From contig OZ037769.1 of the NCBI GenBank assembly GCA_964035545.1, positions 992,001 through 1,056,000 on the forward strand: a stretch of DNA of 64,000 bases, in the 5' to 3' direction. The notes under the pieces are model-generated. The model was not told the DNA's origin. It worked only from the letters and a program-made list of their open reading frames with translations, and made no database searches. A program made the translations under genes and the position numbers. This DNA is from Bugula neritina (lineage: Eukaryota; Animalia; Bryozoa). Position 1 is the first letter of the stretch. Every line of letters starts with the position of its first letter. Positions 60,994 through 64,000 of the stretch are shown here, one piece after another.

Positions 60994-62291
60994 ATCAGTA
61001 TAAAATAGTTAAATATTTAATAACTGAGCTCATTGTCGTACAGAGTTGAGCCAAATCTGCAGATGGTGAACTGCTTTCGTTTATTGCTGTGAAATAAACC
61101 TGAAACTTGCTATCCGTACTGTCGTACCACTTAGCCACGTGCAAGTCGTAAACATGAAAAACACTTCAAGTTGTCAGAATGACTACAGAGTTGTTCTACC
61201 AAACTCTTCTCTAGGTGTTTAGTAGTGAATTCCATTTTAAAGTGATATTTATCTAACCTTGCTATGAAAAAAACTTTATGGATGTAAGAATATAGCTGTA
61301 TGCATGTGTATAAAGTACATTAATATATCCAAAAATAACGAATAAGTTTATTACCAGCTGAACTCATGATACCCATCATTCATACTTGATAATTTACAAA
61401 ATAAAATACTCAGTTTAATCCTACACATGAATGGTTTTACTACAAGCATTATTGAGCTGATTTCTGAGTTACACTGTAATATGTTTAGAATGCTGGGAGT
61501 TGTCCCTCTACTGCAGCACACACGAGCCTCACATTTATATTGCAATGTGAGATAGGTGGCTAAGTTAGCAGGAATAGGTAAAATGTAGCTATACATTGTC
61601 AGCTAACTGGTTTGGTATAAATATTTATAGTTTATTCTAAACAACAATATTACAAGAGCTTATCAAACACATAATAAAAAACAGGAAGGCCTGCGTAGTT
61701 ATATGAACTGAGGCTACAAAAACTAATGTACTTTCACAACAGAAAGCTGATGACTGACTGGAATTATGCCCCCTGCCAAGTAAATTCCGCGTGAATTCAA
61801 TGATTGTACACGACTCTGAATGGAAGCTAATATAACACTAAGTTTTGAACACATTGCGAAAACAAAATACTAAAAATGAATAAAGTACCGCAGCTGTAAA
61901 TACAATAAGTAGATAACCATAACGACAATATTGATATGGGAAAGCACCTGCTAGTAAAATAATCCAAGTCAGTTTGAGTACTGCGTCAGAGGCTTATCAT
62001 GAAAATATAAGAACATTGGCTAAGTAAATCTTTAAAGAAGAAGTCAAACAATATTACAAACTAAACAACAATAGAAAACAAGTGAATGATGATATCAATA
62101 AGAGACACTATAATAATGACTTTACAATACCGGTGATTAGGAAATAAGTGAAAGGGATATAGCAGTGAATCCTGGGAATAGTGACATGATTTTATCAGTA
62201 GAATAATTAGAAAGCCGTCAGAGTAATAACTAGTATGAGAAATCACAGTGTGGGTTGATAGCAGCACTTGGTGCTGCCTTCTCCGAATATT

Positions 62292-64000
62292 CTAGAACTC
62301 CAGTCGAGCAGCGTGGAAACTGCCGCCATTCAAAATTGTGATTAGACTCCGTGCGGCACTCGTAGCGAGTCGTATGTTCAATTTACCTGCAAAACAAGCG
62401 CAAAGCTATGAGGATCTAAACTCTTAAATAAACTGCTCAGTTACTCACCCAGTTAGTTACTATCTACTCAGTTACTCACCCAGTTAGTTACTATCTACTC
62501 AGTTAGTCACCTAGTTAGTTACTATCTACTTAGTTACTCACCTAGTTGGTCATTATCTACTCAGTTACTCACCCAGTTAGTTACTATCTACTCAGTTACT
62601 CACCTAGTTGGTCATTATCTACTCAGTTAGTCACCTAGTTGGTTACTATCTACTCAGTTACTCACCCAGTTGGTAATTATCTACTCAGTTACTCACCCAG
62701 TTGGTCACTATGATCAGCTACCCAATGGTCAATCACACTCGTATCATAGGTGGGTATTACGGTCACAGGGTCCTTAGGCCACGCCTTCTTACCGCTGAGC
62801 AGAGCTTCGAAAGGTTCCACGTTGTTATTCAGTCCACTGAATATATATTTACTGAAAGAGGGAGAAAGCATGTTGTGGTTTCACAATCATTCCCACGAAT
62901 ACTAAACAGTCCGCAATGTTTACAATATGATGCTTTGAACACTGACTACAGTTACCAAGCTTTACCAATGATTACACGCCGCAACTCAAGAAACAGATAG
63001 ACTGAGTTCTTTACCTGGAGCGGATACGCTGGAAGTACTCGGGACCCACATACTTGCCGTCACCGTGATGGGGCACATAGGCTACATCTACGTAGAATGG
63101 CACTGAGGCTACAAACAGAGTAATACGTTTATTAGAAGAGGTAGAAGATGCCAGAATGCTTTACCAGGAATCTACGACTGCAAAAATACTCACCGGCTGG
63201 ACCAGGCGATCCAGCTTTCCCGGAACTGGCTGGTGCACCCAGTCTGCTAGTCGAAGGTTTGACCTTGGTGGAGCTAGTGGGTCGGGGCTTTTTGGTAACG
63301 TCTTCAACAGCCTTGGGCTTTCTAAGTTCAGCTTTTGGTTTGTCTACTGCGGCAGAACGTGGCTTTACGTCGCCACCCAACTTCCTTTCTGACGGTTTTG
63401 ATTTCGGAGGATCAGCCTACGTGGAGAGAATGTTTTATAGTACAGGGATAAAATTGTGAGTGTGACAGGGGAGGTGTGAAAGAGGAGGTGTGACAGAGGA
63501 GGTGTGACAGAGGAGGTGTGACAGAGGAGGTGTGACTGAGTAAAGTCATCTGCTTCCCTTCAACTAGACACATATGCAATGACTTCTACTCCAACATGTA
63601 AACATAAACAGAATAATCAGATACCTTGGCCAGTGGCTGTTTGGACTTTGCGGAAGAAGCTGCTGCCTTTGGTTTCTCGGCAGCAGCAGAAGTTGAAGCA
63701 GCAGATTTCAGACGTGACTGAGCAGGTTTAGCTGGCTTCTTGCCAGCCGCTGTGTCTCCCGCTGCCTTAGACGTCTCTCCAGCAGACTTCTTCGAGTCTA
63801 AACAGCATTACACGCACACTGAGATGAGTTACACGCACACTGAGATGAGTGACACATACACCGAGACTGATTACACTATGAAACTGCTGGCCATTCACAC
63901 AACAGGTAATTTATCAACATACCGTCGGCAGCTTTCTTCAACCCTGCTGCCGGTTTATATGAAGATCTCTTGGAGGCTCCAGAGGCAGCAGGCTTGGCAG
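62292..64000 (-). CDS. Microtubule-associated protein 1 / futsch family, 3' exons encoding the conserved light-chain C-terminus; gene continues off the right edge
   Basis: Lys/Pro/Ala/Ser-rich exons, then PFYVDVAYVPHHG...YFQRIRSSKYIFSG...EALLSGKKAW...VIPTYDT...SFHAARLEF*, matching the MAP1 C-terminal homology domain. Confidence 0.9.
62436..62712 (-). repeat. 31-bp minisatellite (~9 copies) duplicating the MAP1 donor AACTGG|GTGAGT
   Basis: The real donor at 62696 is the exon-proximal copy. Confidence 0.95.
63465..63537. repeat. 14-bp repeat GAGGAGGTGTGACA (~5 copies)
   Basis: Direct tandem array in a MAP1 intron. Confidence 0.92.

Overview
Gene-dense, AT-rich, intron-rich animal genomic DNA from an invertebrate, probably a protostome/lophotrochozoan (species not determinable here). 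By hand-splicing GT-AG exons I support eight protein-coding genes: Mondo/MLXIP (5' part, -), ERMP1 (+), an elevenin/L11 neuropeptide precursor (+), GNPTAB (-), HIBCH (-), CAND1 (+), an unrecognised ~591-aa acidic low-complexity protein (+) and the 3' end of a MAP1/futsch gene (-). Most long ORFs in the supplied track are read-throughs of intronic minisatellites. Four patterns stand out. (1) About 15 introns carry tandem repeats that copy the splice junction itself, giving arrays of decoy donors or acceptors. (2) Two ~0.55-0.6 kb arrays of one 14-bp satellite lie in opposite orientation and tightly bracket 11 CAND1 exons, which is the configuration known to drive back-splicing (circRNA). (3) Drifting 6-bp-periodic sequence lies near the 5' ends of five broadly expressed-type genes but not the TATA-driven neuropeptide gene. 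(4) Several minisatellites are built on transcription-factor-like motifs, and one is translated inside GNPTAB. Gene identities come from remembered family motifs; no database search was run, and internal exon and repeat boundaries are approximate.
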